DNA from: an uncultured Candidatus Saccharibacteria bacterium
GTDB lineage: Bacteria > Patescibacteriota > Minisyncoccia > UBA6257 > 2-01-FULL-56-20
Reading direction: 5' to 3'
Length of the DNA stretch: 45,329 bases
NCBI GenBank assembly: GCA_964418085.1
Contig: CAYQKB010000002.1
Location: 1-45,329 of the forward strand
Position numbers and translations under genes: made by a program. Each line of letters begins with the position of its first letter. The first letter of the stretch is position 1. The notes under the pieces are model-generated. The model saw only the letters and a program-made list of their open reading frames with translations, was not told the DNA's origin and ran no database searches. Of the stretch, positions 8,443 to 17,767 are shown in pieces.

Positions 8443-9684
8443 ATGAGAGACGTTGATTCCCTGAAGGTTGCGATAGAAAAAATACTCATTCAGCCGCTCG
8501 AGAAAATTTCTCTCGTTGAATTGGTTGATTTGTTCGTTGAATACGCGTATACCGCTCACGCGTCGGATATTCATATCCAGCCGGAAGAAGAGAAGGTGCG
8601 TATTCGTTTCAGGGTTGATGGAATACTGCAGGACATTTTCGAGGATATCGGAGTGGGGAAGGCGATACATCACGAAATTATCAGCAGGATAAAAGTGCTC
8701 TCCGGTCTTCGTATTGACGAGCACCTCGTGCCGCAGGACGGCAGATTTAAATGTCAGTTAAAAGATATTGGTGATGTAAACGTGCGCGTGTCCACGATGC
8801 CAACGTATCATGGTGAAAATGCGGTTCTGCGTATTTTGGCGGAGACGCAGGCATGGACGCTCGAGGATTTGGGATTTCCGCCAAACGAATTGGAGAAAGT
8901 GCAAAAGGCGATACGGCGGCCATACGGAATGATTTTGGCGAATGGTCCGACCGGCTCGGGGAAAACTACAACGCTCTACACGATTTTAAAAAAGTTGAAT
9001 CATGATGAAACGTCCATTGTTACCGTCGAAGATCCGATAGAGTACGCGCTCGAGGGCGCTACGCAAATTCAGACCAATGCGACGGTCGGGCTCACGTTCG
9101 CAAGCGGTCTCCGTTCCATCCTGCGCCAAGATCCGAACATCATCATGGTCGGTGAAATCCGGGATGAAGAAACAGCCAGCATTGCGGTGAACGCGGCGCT
9201 GACCGGCCACTTGGTTTTAAGCACACTTCACACAAACGACGCCGCGACCACGTTCCCGCGTCTTATCGACATGGGTGTCCCGCCGTTTTTGGTCGCCTCA
9301 ACCGTGAACATCGTCATGGGCCAGCGGCTGGTGCGGACAATCTGTCCGTCATGCAAAGAAAAAAGAGTTTTAAGCCCCGAGGAGGTGAGAAGCATAAAAG
9401 AAATTATTCCAGAAATCGAAGGGGAGAAGGAGATTCGGGAATTTTATCAGGGCAAAGGATGCAAGGCGTGCAACCAGACCGGGTATCGCGGAAGAATGGG
9501 CATTCGCGAGGTTTTGGAAATTACGGATGATATTCGAACTCTCATTATGAACCGCGCGTCCGCTCAGGAAATAAAACGGGCAGCGATAAAAAACGGGATG
9601 ATAACGATGATAAAAGACGGGATCATTAAAGCGCTAGCGGGAGTCACGACGCTTGAAGAAATATTGAGGATTATTTATGAATAA
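8443..9684 (+). CDS. pilB: type IV pilus assembly ATPase (GspE/PilB family, short form)
   Basis: Walker A GPTGSGKTTT, Asp box IIMVGEIRDEETA, His box GHLVLSTLHTNDA, and the tetracysteine CPSC...CKAC motif. Confidence 0.9.
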   Translation: MRDVDSLKVAIEKILIQPLEKISLVELVDLFVEYAYTAHASDIHIQPEEEKVRIRFRVDGILQDIFEDIGVGKAIHHEIISRIKVLSGLRIDEHLVPQDGRFKCQLKDIGDVNVRVSTMPTYHGENAVLRILAETQAWTLEDLGFPPNELEKVQKAIRRPYGMILANGPTGSGKTTTLYTILKKLNHDETSIVTVEDPIEYALEGATQIQTNATVGLTFASGLRSILRQDPNIIMVGEIRDEETASIAVNAALTGHLVLSTLHTNDAATTFPRLIDMGVPPFLVASTVNIVMGQRLVRTICPSCKEKRVLSPEEVRSIKEIIPEIEGEKEIREFYQGKGCKACNQTGYRGRMGIREVLEITDDIRTLIMNRASAQEIKRAAIKNGMITMIKDGIIKALAGVTTLEEILRIIYE

Positions 9685-9690
9685 GTTTTT

Positions 9691-10758
9691 ATGAATAAAC
9701 TCTTAGCCCTTTTTGGCTATGTTTCGCTTCAGGAAAAGATTAATTTTGTTCGCCATTTGGCGATTGTGACGAAGTCTGGTCTTCCGTTGCTCGAGAGTTT
9801 AAGGATAATTGGCGAACAGACGGAGTCAAGACCGCTCAAAAAAATAATAAAGAATGTCGGCATCGAGGTGAATAACGGCCACCTCCTTTCGGACGGCCTC
9901 GAAAAATATAAAAAAACATTCGGAGATTTTTTTATCAGTATCATCCGCATCGGCGAACTCTCCGGCACGCTGACGACGAATCTCACCTATCTCGCAGAGG
10001 AGCTTAAGAAAGCAAAAAACCTGCAGGGCAAAGTTCGCTCCGCGATGGTGTACCCGATGATAATCCTTATCGCGATGCTTCTCGTCTCTGGATTCCTCAC
10101 ATTTTTCATATTTCCAAAACTGCTTCCGGTGATCACGGGGCTGAACGTCGCGCTTCCGCTCCCGACGCGCATCCTTATATCCATTATCAATGTTTCAAAA
10201 AAGTTCGGAGTATGGATCGTCGGAGGCGCTATCATACTCTTTGTACTTCTTCGATTCCTGATTACAAAGGTAAAGGGAATTAAATACTTTTTTGACCGTT
10301 CCGTTTTTTATGTTCCGGTGGTGTCGGGCTTTGTCCAGAGCGTGAATGTGGCGAACTTCGCGCGAATTCTCGCCCTGCTCTTGAAGAGCGGCATCACGAT
10401 TGTGGACGCACTCGAGATTACCGGCTCTACGTTTGAGAACAGCGCTTTTAGGAAATCGTTTTATGGTGCGCAGGACTTTGTACGGAAGGGCGGCCAGCTA
10501 TCGGATTTTTTGGGGATGCGGAAAAATTTTTTCCCTCCGCTTCTCATCGGCATTGTGAAAATCGGGGAGAGCACGGGCAATCTCGAAGACAATCTTATAT
10601 ATCTGTCCGACTATTATACCGAGGAGCTCGACAACCATCTTCGGACGATGACCACGTTTTTGGAGCCGTTGCTGCTTCTTATCATGGGAATGATGGTCGG
10701 ATTTCTCGCTTTGGCAATTATTTTGCCGATTTACTCGATCTCGAACGGAGTGAGGTAG
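9691..10758 (+). CDS. pilC: type IV pilus platform protein (GspF/PilC family)
   Basis: 355-aa ORF with two T2SSF-like halves (IGELSGTL and IGESTGNL) and three TM regions. Adjacent to pilB. Confidence 0.9.
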   Translation: MNKLLALFGYVSLQEKINFVRHLAIVTKSGLPLLESLRIIGEQTESRPLKKIIKNVGIEVNNGHLLSDGLEKYKKTFGDFFISIIRIGELSGTLTTNLTYLAEELKKAKNLQGKVRSAMVYPMIILIAMLLVSGFLTFFIFPKLLPVITGLNVALPLPTRILISIINVSKKFGVWIVGGAIILFVLLRFLITKVKGIKYFFDRSVFYVPVVSGFVQSVNVANFARILALLLKSGITIVDALEITGSTFENSAFRKSFYGAQDFVRKGGQLSDFLGMRKNFFPPLLIGIVKIGESTGNLEDNLIYLSDYYTEELDNHLRTMTTFLEPLLLLIMGMMVGFLALAIILPIYSISNGVR

Positions 10759-10875
10759 GGCGGCAAAAGTGTATATAGTATAATTGAGAGGTGAAACGGA
10801 ATGGCTTCATCCCGTTAGAAGCAGATCGCGATCTATGATTTAAATAGATTTTTTTACTTTAAAAAAATTCCCACA

Positions 10876-12660
10876 ATGGATTTTCTAATGACAAATACTA
10901 AGCGATCGCGGCTTCTAACGGGATTCAGTCTCATAGACCTTGTCATAAGCCTGGGAATAATTACGTTGCTTTTCGGCGGGATATTTCTCGTATATTTCTC
11001 GATTGTTGATTCAACAAAAAATAATTCAATTCGGACAGAAGCGCTTTTTCTTTTGGAACAACAGGCGGAAATCGTGCGCAACATTCCCTACGATCAGGTG
11101 GGGACTGTGGGCGGCATTCCCTCCGGCATTATTCCGCAGTCGCAGACGATAACGGTCGGGGACATGAGTTTTTTGGTGAATACCACTGTCCGGAACATTG
11201 ATGACCCCTTCGACGGAACGCTCGGCGGCACTCCAAACGACACCGCCCCCGCGGATTACAAATTTGTAGATCTTCGGGCGCAGTGTATCCAGTGTTCGAG
11301 GCCTGTTTCGTACGAAATGACAACAACTGTCGCGCCGGCAAATCTCGAGTCAGCAAGCACGAACGGTTCTCTTTTTATAAATGTCCTTGATGCGAACGGC
11401 ATAACGGTTTCAAATGCGAATGTGCACGTTTCGAACGCGAGTGTCACTCCCGCAATTGATCTGACAGATACCACAAATGCGTCGGGATCGCTGCAGCTCG
11501 TCGGTGTTCCCACGAGTACGCAGGCCTATGCGATATCAATCACCAAGGGTGGCTATTCTTCCGATAAAACGTATGCGCCGGGCAATCCCGCAAACCCGGT
11601 GAAGCCCAACGCCACTGTCGCCGCCGGAGCGGTGACGCAAGTAACGTTTGCGATAGACCGCACAAGCCAGATAAATGTCCATACGTCGGGCAATACCTGC
11701 ATAGCGTCCGCAAACAAAAGTTTTTCGATGGTCGGCTCGAAAGTTATTGCCACAAATCCGAATGTGCTCAAGTTTTCGACGAGTTCCGTGACGGACGGAA
11801 GTGGCCTCAAAACATTTTCCGCGATTGAGTGGGATACCTATTCGCTCACGCTCTCAAGTTCCTCGACTGATCTCGCAGGCACCGTCCCGCTTACGCCGCT
11901 CGCGGTAAATCCGAGCTCGACATACGATTTTAGATTCATAACAAAGTCACTAAATCCTCTGTCGCTTCTCGTGACCGTTACGGATACGGCGACCGGCGCC
12001 GGTGTTTCAAGCGCAACGGTGGCTGTTTCGAAAAGCGGATTTTCACAAACGGCAATTACGGGAAGGAACACGTGGACCGACACCGACTGGTCTGGTGGAC
12101 AATATAGCAGTCAGGATGGGGGAATCGAAACCGATTCTCCGGCGGGCTCGCTTGCGCTGAAGTCGGTTGGTGGAGCATATACCACAGGCACCGTTTCGTG
12201 GCTTATATCTAAAACGTTTGACGTGGGAACGGACAGCGCTTCGTATTACGCGTTAAGTTGGAATCCTGATACGCAGTCGGTGCAGGCAGGGTCGAATAGT
12301 GTGCAATTTCAGATTGCATCAAATAATGATCAGGCAACATGGAATTTTATCGGTCCGGATGGAACGGCGAATACATATTATTCGGCGACCGGCACAATCG
12401 CGTACGGGGGGCACACGAATAATCGTTTCATTCGCTATAAAGTTTTCCTTCAAACGCAGGATGAAAATTACACGCCGACAATTCATACTGTAAGTTTAGA
12501 TTTTAGTTCAATATGCGTTCCGCCCGCGCAGGTATTCTTTTCGGGATTAACTTCCGGAACCTATACGATAGATATAAGCGCGCCGGGATATCAGGAATCC
12601 ACGAGTACTGTTTCCGTGGCGTCGAACTGGCAGGAAGTCCGCATACCACTTTCGCACTAA
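10876..12660 (+). CDS. large pseudopilin-like protein (prepilin-type N-terminal segment plus beta-sandwich repeats)
   Basis: 594-aa ORF. The N-terminus KRSRLLTGFSLIDLVISLGIITLLFGG resembles a class III signal with a hydrophobic helix. Repeats such as ANVHVSNASV...TNASGSLQLVGVP...GGYSS look like carboxypeptidase-regulatory-like domains. Confidence 0.65.
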   Translation: MDFLMTNTKRSRLLTGFSLIDLVISLGIITLLFGGIFLVYFSIVDSTKNNSIRTEALFLLEQQAEIVRNIPYDQVGTVGGIPSGIIPQSQTITVGDMSFLVNTTVRNIDDPFDGTLGGTPNDTAPADYKFVDLRAQCIQCSRPVSYEMTTTVAPANLESASTNGSLFINVLDANGITVSNANVHVSNASVTPAIDLTDTTNASGSLQLVGVPTSTQAYAISITKGGYSSDKTYAPGNPANPVKPNATVAAGAVTQVTFAIDRTSQINVHTSGNTCIASANKSFSMVGSKVIATNPNVLKFSTSSVTDGSGLKTFSAIEWDTYSLTLSSSSTDLAGTVPLTPLAVNPSSTYDFRFITKSLNPLSLLVTVTDTATGAGVSSATVAVSKSGFSQTAITGRNTWTDTDWSGGQYSSQDGGIETDSPAGSLALKSVGGAYTTGTVSWLISKTFDVGTDSASYYALSWNPDTQSVQAGSNSVQFQIASNNDQATWNFIGPDGTANTYYSATGTIAYGGHTNNRFIRYKVFLQTQDENYTPTIHTVSLDFSSICVPPAQVFFSGLTSGTYTIDISAPGYQESTSTVSVASNWQEVRIPLSH

Positions 12661-12661
12661 C

Positions 12662-13426
12662 ATGAACAATTCTAACTTTATCAATCCAAACGAAGAGAAT
12701 AGCCATCTTTTGAAACCGTCTCGGAGCGTGGTGACGCGACCTGCCCGAACGATTGAAGTCGTTCAGTCGGGCGGGGGGCGAGGAATTTTTTCAGCAGAAA
12801 AAATATCCTGTGTTTCAAAAGATGGCTATTCTCGAGCCGCCTTCTCTCTTCTTGAAATTGTTTTTGCACTTGCGATATTCGCGGGTATCGCAATCGTTGT
12901 CGGGAGTTTGAAAAGCAGCGTTGGCGTTCTCCAAAATATTGTTGGGCAGAAACTGCAATCCGAGCAGGATGTAGGCCAGTCATTCCAGATAATCGCGACG
13001 GACATCCGCTCCGCAGGGCAGTCGAGCATCGGCGCGTATCCCATTTCGGCGGCAAGTACCAGCTCATTCTCGTTTTATAGCGACGTTGATCGGGATGGAA
13101 TTTTTGAACTCGTAAGATATTTTTTCGTCACCAGCACACTTCAGCGCGGGATTACAAAGCCAACCGGAAACCCGCTCGTATATTCGACGAGCACCGAGAT
13201 GGTAACCACGTCAATCGCGAATATTATTATCTCGTCAAGTACACCAATTTTTTCTTACTACGACTCGGGCTATACCGGTTCGCAGGCCCCGCTGGTCGCG
13301 CCGGTAGATATATCGAAAGTGCGCGCCGTGAAAATATCCGTCTATGTCGATGTGAAGCCGACTACCGCTCCCTCCGCATTATTTTTCACTCAAACTATAA
13401 CGTTAAGAAATTTACGCGGGACATAG
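12662..13426 (+). CDS. pseudopilin-like protein with an unusually long leader
   Basis: 254-aa ORF. The pilin-like segment AAFSLLEIVFALAIFAGIAIVVG begins only at about residue 59. The first 170 nt or so contain a 22-bp perfect inverted repeat, so the true start is uncertain (in-frame GTGs at 12725 and 12728). Confidence 0.5.
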   Translation: MNNSNFINPNEENSHLLKPSRSVVTRPARTIEVVQSGGGRGIFSAEKISCVSKDGYSRAAFSLLEIVFALAIFAGIAIVVGSLKSSVGVLQNIVGQKLQSEQDVGQSFQIIATDIRSAGQSSIGAYPISAASTSSFSFYSDVDRDGIFELVRYFFVTSTLQRGITKPTGNPLVYSTSTEMVTTSIANIIISSSTPIFSYYDSGYTGSQAPLVAPVDISKVRAVKISVYVDVKPTTAPSALFFTQTITLRNLRGT

Positions 13427-13451
13427 AAATATAACGTATGACAAACAACAA

Positions 13452-14924
13452 ATGACAAGTAAAAAAGTTACAAGGTACAAGCTACAAGTTGCAAGTTCGC
13501 GTCGCGGTCAATTCTCTTTGGAGGTGCTGATTTTTTCTTCGGTCGTAGTCACTTTAATTAGCGGCTTTGTGTTCCTTTCGCTTTCGTTCACCCAGCTCTC
13601 GGTTCGCGGGATTAACAAGCAAGAGGCGTTTTCCATAGCGGAGTCGGGGATAGAGTACTATCGGTGGCATCTCGCGCACGCGCCATTGGACTTTCAGGAT
13701 GGGACTGGGCATGCCGGGCCGTATGTTCATCAGTATTTCAACAGGGACGGTACGGTCGTCGGAAGTTTTACGCTGAATATCACGCCTGTTCCGGGATCAA
13801 CGGTTGTTACAATCGAGAGCACCGGCAATGTCATTGCCGATCCGTCCGTTCAAAAAATTATCAAAGTTCAACTTGGGAAGTCGTCATTTGTGAAATATTC
13901 TGTGGCGATTGGCGAAGATGTCAGATTCGGCAGTGGCACAGAAGTATTTGGTCCTATTTTTTCGAATGGCGGTATTCACTTCGATGGGCTCGCGCACAAT
14001 AGTGTGCAAAGCGCTCAGGCAACGTATGACGATCCGGACCATGGTGGTCAGGCGGAGTTCGGTGTGCATACTCATGTAAGCCCGGTTGATCCATTTCCTC
14101 CTGGGGCGGTACCGAGTAGGCCGGATGTGTTTATCGCCGGGCGGAGTTTTCCGGTTCCCGCTTTGGATTTCACGCAGATCACGCAGACGCTTTCTTCCCT
14201 CAAATCCCTTGCACAGGCAAGCGGCACATATTTTGCATCAAGCTCTGCGTTTGGCTACGATCTCGTGCTCGATCCTTCGGGGGCGTACTCAATGTATAAA
14301 GTGACAGCGCTCAAACCTCCTCCGAACGGGTGCACAAATACAAGTAATCAGGATGGATGGGGAACGTGGAGTATTCAAAGCGAGACGCTTAAGGCGACCG
14401 GCACAATCCCGTCGAACGGCGTTATTTTTGCTGAAGACGATTTGTGGATTCGCGGACAGGTAACTGGGAAGCATGTCACGATCGGAGCAGGGCGTTTTCC
14501 GGATAATCCCGCGACACGGGCAAGTATAACCGTGAATAGCAGTACGCTGTATACAAATTATAACGGGAGCGACACCATCGGGATGGTCGCCCAGAATAAT
14601 TTCAATGTTGGTTTGTATAGTGAAAACATTCTCCGGATTGATGGCGCGCTAGTTGCGCAAAACGGACGAATAGGAAGATATTATTATTCACCGCCAAACG
14701 ACAACTCGAATTCAAATAAGTGCGGCAATACCGTGGTTCGCCAAAAGATCACTCTCTACGGTTCGCTTTTCAGTAGTCTGCGATATGGATTTGGATACAC
14801 CGACAGTACGGGCTACCAGGAGCGCGATATTATCTACGACTCCAATCTTCTTTACGCGCCGCCGCCGAGTTTCCCTCTCACGGCCGACCAGTATTCGATA
14901 ATCTCGTGGGACGAGGTACAATAA
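13452..14924 (+). CDS. pilus-associated protein with a pilin-like N-terminal hydrophobic segment
   Basis: 490-aa ORF within the pilus operon: RGQFSLEVLIFSSVVVTLISGFVFL. No further family recognised. Confidence 0.5.
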   Translation: MTSKKVTRYKLQVASSRRGQFSLEVLIFSSVVVTLISGFVFLSLSFTQLSVRGINKQEAFSIAESGIEYYRWHLAHAPLDFQDGTGHAGPYVHQYFNRDGTVVGSFTLNITPVPGSTVVTIESTGNVIADPSVQKIIKVQLGKSSFVKYSVAIGEDVRFGSGTEVFGPIFSNGGIHFDGLAHNSVQSAQATYDDPDHGGQAEFGVHTHVSPVDPFPPGAVPSRPDVFIAGRSFPVPALDFTQITQTLSSLKSLAQASGTYFASSSAFGYDLVLDPSGAYSMYKVTALKPPPNGCTNTSNQDGWGTWSIQSETLKATGTIPSNGVIFAEDDLWIRGQVTGKHVTIGAGRFPDNPATRASITVNSSTLYTNYNGSDTIGMVAQNNFNVGLYSENILRIDGALVAQNGRIGRYYYSPPNDNSNSNKCGNTVVRQKITLYGSLFSSLRYGFGYTDSTGYQERDIIYDSNLLYAPPPSFPLTADQYSIISWDEVQ

Positions 14925-14936
14925 AAGAGATTTAAA

Positions 14937-15422
14937 GTGAAAATTAGAAATCAGAAAAAAAGAAACGGATTGACTCTCATAGAAATACTCATCGCACTCA
15001 CTATTCTCGCGATTATTTCTGGCATTGCGATTGTGTCTCTTAATCCGGCAGGCCAGTTTGCAAGCGCCAGGAATTCCCAGCGCGCTCTTCATCTAAGCGC
15101 CCTTATGAGTGCAATTCGCCAGAATATAGCCGACTCTGCGATGGGGACATTTGTCTGTGCCGCCGGATCAATTCCGACGACGACAACAAAAATGGCCGTT
15201 GGCGCAGGCAATTATGACATCGCAAGTTGTCTCATACCGACGTATCTTGGGACACTGCCCTTTGATCCATCAACCTCAACCGCGCATTACGACTCAAATA
15301 CGGACTACGATACGGGGTATACAATTGTGCAGGCAACAAGCACTGGTGCGATAACGCTTTCCGCTCCTGCGACCGAGCTCAAAAAAGCTTCGAGCACTCC
15401 GAATATTTCGATTACGCGCTAA
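14937..15422 (+). CDS. type IV pilin (prepilin-type N-terminal cleavage/methylation domain)
   Basis: 161-aa ORF with a GTG start. KKRNGLTLIEILIALTILAIISGIAIVSL is a canonical G/LTLIE pilin N-terminus. Confidence 0.75.
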   Translation: MKIRNQKKRNGLTLIEILIALTILAIISGIAIVSLNPAGQFASARNSQRALHLSALMSAIRQNIADSAMGTFVCAAGSIPTTTTKMAVGAGNYDIASCLIPTYLGTLPFDPSTSTAHYDSNTDYDTGYTIVQATSTGAITLSAPATELKKASSTPNISITR

Positions 15423-15665
15423 TGATTCCAAAATTGACCAAATCACGATGAAAAAATTTTCTATATCCCGCTGTGTATTGCCGTCATTATTTTCCCGCTA
15501 TGGGCTCACGCTGAATTTTCGGCCGAGGCGGGAACATCTCAGCTTGCAAGTCTTTTTTCCGCTCTTCAATCTTTGGTTTTAAATCTGCAATCTCTTCTCT
15601 CTTTTCGAAATCAGGGAAATCAACTCGCAGACATCTCGGGACCGATGCAGGGGAAATAGGCAAAA

Positions 15666-16823
15666 CTATTTTAAATTTTCTATGAGAGCAATCTCGAGCG
15701 GCACCATCGCAAACGGGCTGTAGCGCATCTCCGAGTATGCGCGGATGAGTGATTGAATAAGTTTTCGAGCAACGTCCGGATTCAAAAGTGTGGAAAGTTT
15801 TTTCAATTTCTTGATTTCGTCGTCCGTAAGTTCGCCTTGAAATGTTGCTTCAAGTTGTGGACTGTATATAAGTGAGAGTGCTTTTCGGAGGTGGTGAATG
15901 ATATCTTTGGTAAGTTGGTTCAGATTATGTCCTTCGTCGTTTAGTCCCGCGATGTAGGCGAGTGCGTCGCCAAGTTTTTTGGATGCGATAAGGTCGGAAA
16001 GTTCCTGCACTTTCCGGGCGCCGACCCGTCCCGTGATGCGCTCGACGGATGCAACGTCAATTTTTTTCCCGACGCGCTCCGCGGTCGGGACTCCGGCCTC
16101 GCTCCGGGCGAGCGTCGGAGCTTGCATCAAACTTATCTGATCGAGAAGCGACTCGGCGTCCCGGAAGCTTCCTTCGGATGCTGCGGCGATAAGCTCAAGC
16201 GCGGCTTCATCCGCTTTTATTTTTTCTTGCTTAATAATATACGAAAGTTTCTCGATGATTTTTATTTTCGACGGCTTTTTAAAGATGAAACGCTGCGTTC
16301 GGGAAGTAATGGTGGTGGGGACCTTTTCGTATTCCGTCGTGGCGAGTATAATCACCGCGTGCGCCGGCGGCTCTTCGAGCGTTTTGAGGAGTGCGTTCCA
16401 TGCAGGGGTAGTAAGCATGTGCGCCTCGTCAATGATATATACCTTAAAATCGCCGGCTGAAGGGGATATTTTTATTCCGTCCTTCAAATTTCGGATTTCA
16501 TCTATGCCGCGATTCGAAGCTGCATCAATTTCTATGACATCAAACGAGTTCTGAAGATCGATCCCGGTGCAATGTCGGCATTCGTTGCACGGCTCGCCCT
16601 GCGCGTGAAATTTTTTGTCGGTTTTCCGTTTATCGCAGTTCAGGAGTTTTGCTATGAGCCGCGCCGTTGTTGTTTTCCCCGTGCCTCGCGGGCCATAAAA
16701 AAGATATGCGTGCGCGAAGCGATCGTTCTTCGCCGCACTTTTAAAAATCTGCGTATTTGTCTCTTGCCCTAAAAGATCATCAAGTTTCTGTGGGCGATAT
16801 TTTCTATATAGTGCGAGTGGCAT
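15666..16823 (-). CDS. dnaX: DNA polymerase III subunit gamma/tau
   Basis: YRKYRPQ, GPRGTGKTTTARLIAK, Zn module CNECRHC, DEAHMLT and LKTLEEPP. Confidence 0.9.
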   Translation of the reverse strand: MPLALYRKYRPQKLDDLLGQETNTQIFKSAAKNDRFAHAYLFYGPRGTGKTTTARLIAKLLNCDKRKTDKKFHAQGEPCNECRHCTGIDLQNSFDVIEIDAASNRGIDEIRNLKDGIKISPSAGDFKVYIIDEAHMLTTPAWNALLKTLEEPPAHAVIILATTEYEKVPTTITSRTQRFIFKKPSKIKIIEKLSYIIKQEKIKADEAALELIAAASEGSFRDAESLLDQISLMQAPTLARSEAGVPTAERVGKKIDVASVERITGRVGARKVQELSDLIASKKLGDALAYIAGLNDEGHNLNQLTKDIIHHLRKALSLIYSPQLEATFQGELTDDEIKKLKKLSTLLNPDVARKLIQSLIRAYSEMRYSPFAMVPLEIALIENLK

Positions 16824-16990
16824 TTTGAAAATTATTGCTTTGTTTATATTTTTTTAATCTTTTGATTATAGCGGAAGCAGGGGATAATACACATTGACAA
16901 TACCAATAGTATATGTTAGTTTATATGCAGACTCAGGAGCGCAACGGCGATCTATGAGTTTTGACAATTGAACAATCGGATAAATGCATT

Positions 16991-17578
16991 ATGAAATCTA
17001 TTATTACAGTTTCTCTCTTGTTGGCGGTCATGACGTCTGCGGCTCTTGCTGCGGATACTAACACCAACGCGGTCGTGACGGTGGCGGTTCCTCGAACTCC
17101 AGCGGAAGCGGATACAAATGTAGTTGCAAACACACCGCCGCCGCCTGTCCCGGTCACTGTGAATCCGCCGGTCGCGACGATAGTAACTGCGCCAACGGTA
17201 GTAGCGCCCGCACCAGTCGTCGCCGTGGCTCCGGCGGCGGTAACGGTAATCACGACTCCGGCCCCATCTCCGCCGCCCGCAGTAATCATCACGAGGCCCG
17301 CAGCGAAATTCTGCCGGCCTGTCACGATTCGGGAGTTCCCGTTCCTCATTGAGGGAGACGGGAAATGGGACGATACCATTCTCTATGATGACTCTCTGAC
17401 TATCGAATCGGTGGGCGTTATGGCCCAGGACAAATTGCATGACTGGTTCGTGGTCACTGTCCACCACCGGGATGGAAGGAGATTCACTTTCCCCATCAGT
17501 ATCCAGTCCGAGGTTGGACGGGGGATCGAATGGGTCGCCGTTCCCCGAGAAGCGCTGCAACCAAGGGCAAAAAAATAA
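16991..17578 (+). CDS. secreted hypothetical protein with a Pro/Ala/Val/Thr-rich region
   Basis: I prefer the ATG at 16991 (MKSIITVSLLLAVMTSAALAADT is a signal peptide) over the TTG at 16961 in the ORF track. A low-complexity PAVT stretch is followed by a globular tail of about 90 aa. Confidence 0.5.
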   Translation: MKSIITVSLLLAVMTSAALAADTNTNAVVTVAVPRTPAEADTNVVANTPPPPVPVTVNPPVATIVTAPTVVAPAPVVAVAPAAVTVITTPAPSPPPAVIITRPAAKFCRPVTIREFPFLIEGDGKWDDTILYDDSLTIESVGVMAQDKLHDWFVVTVHHRDGRRFTFPISIQSEVGRGIEWVAVPREALQPRAKK

Positions 17579-17596
17579 AAGAAATTCGAAAACAAA

Positions 17597-17633
17597 TTCG
17601 CACGGCTTAAAAACCCGTGCGAAACATTTTTTA
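17597..17633 (+). terminator. rho-independent terminator
   Basis: TTCGCACGG-CTTAAAAA-CCCGTGCGAA followed by ACATTTTTT, 19 nt after the stop at 17578. Confidence 0.6.
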
Positions 17634-17767
17634 TGCATGCTATTTTTAAACTCTCTGCGACATTGACGGTGGGTGAGTATTGATATATAAAGTAGCCAGC
17701 AGATGCGGGCACCATTTCATGGTCGCTCAAGGCATCAAACAATTAAAAAATTCTCTCACGTACTTTA

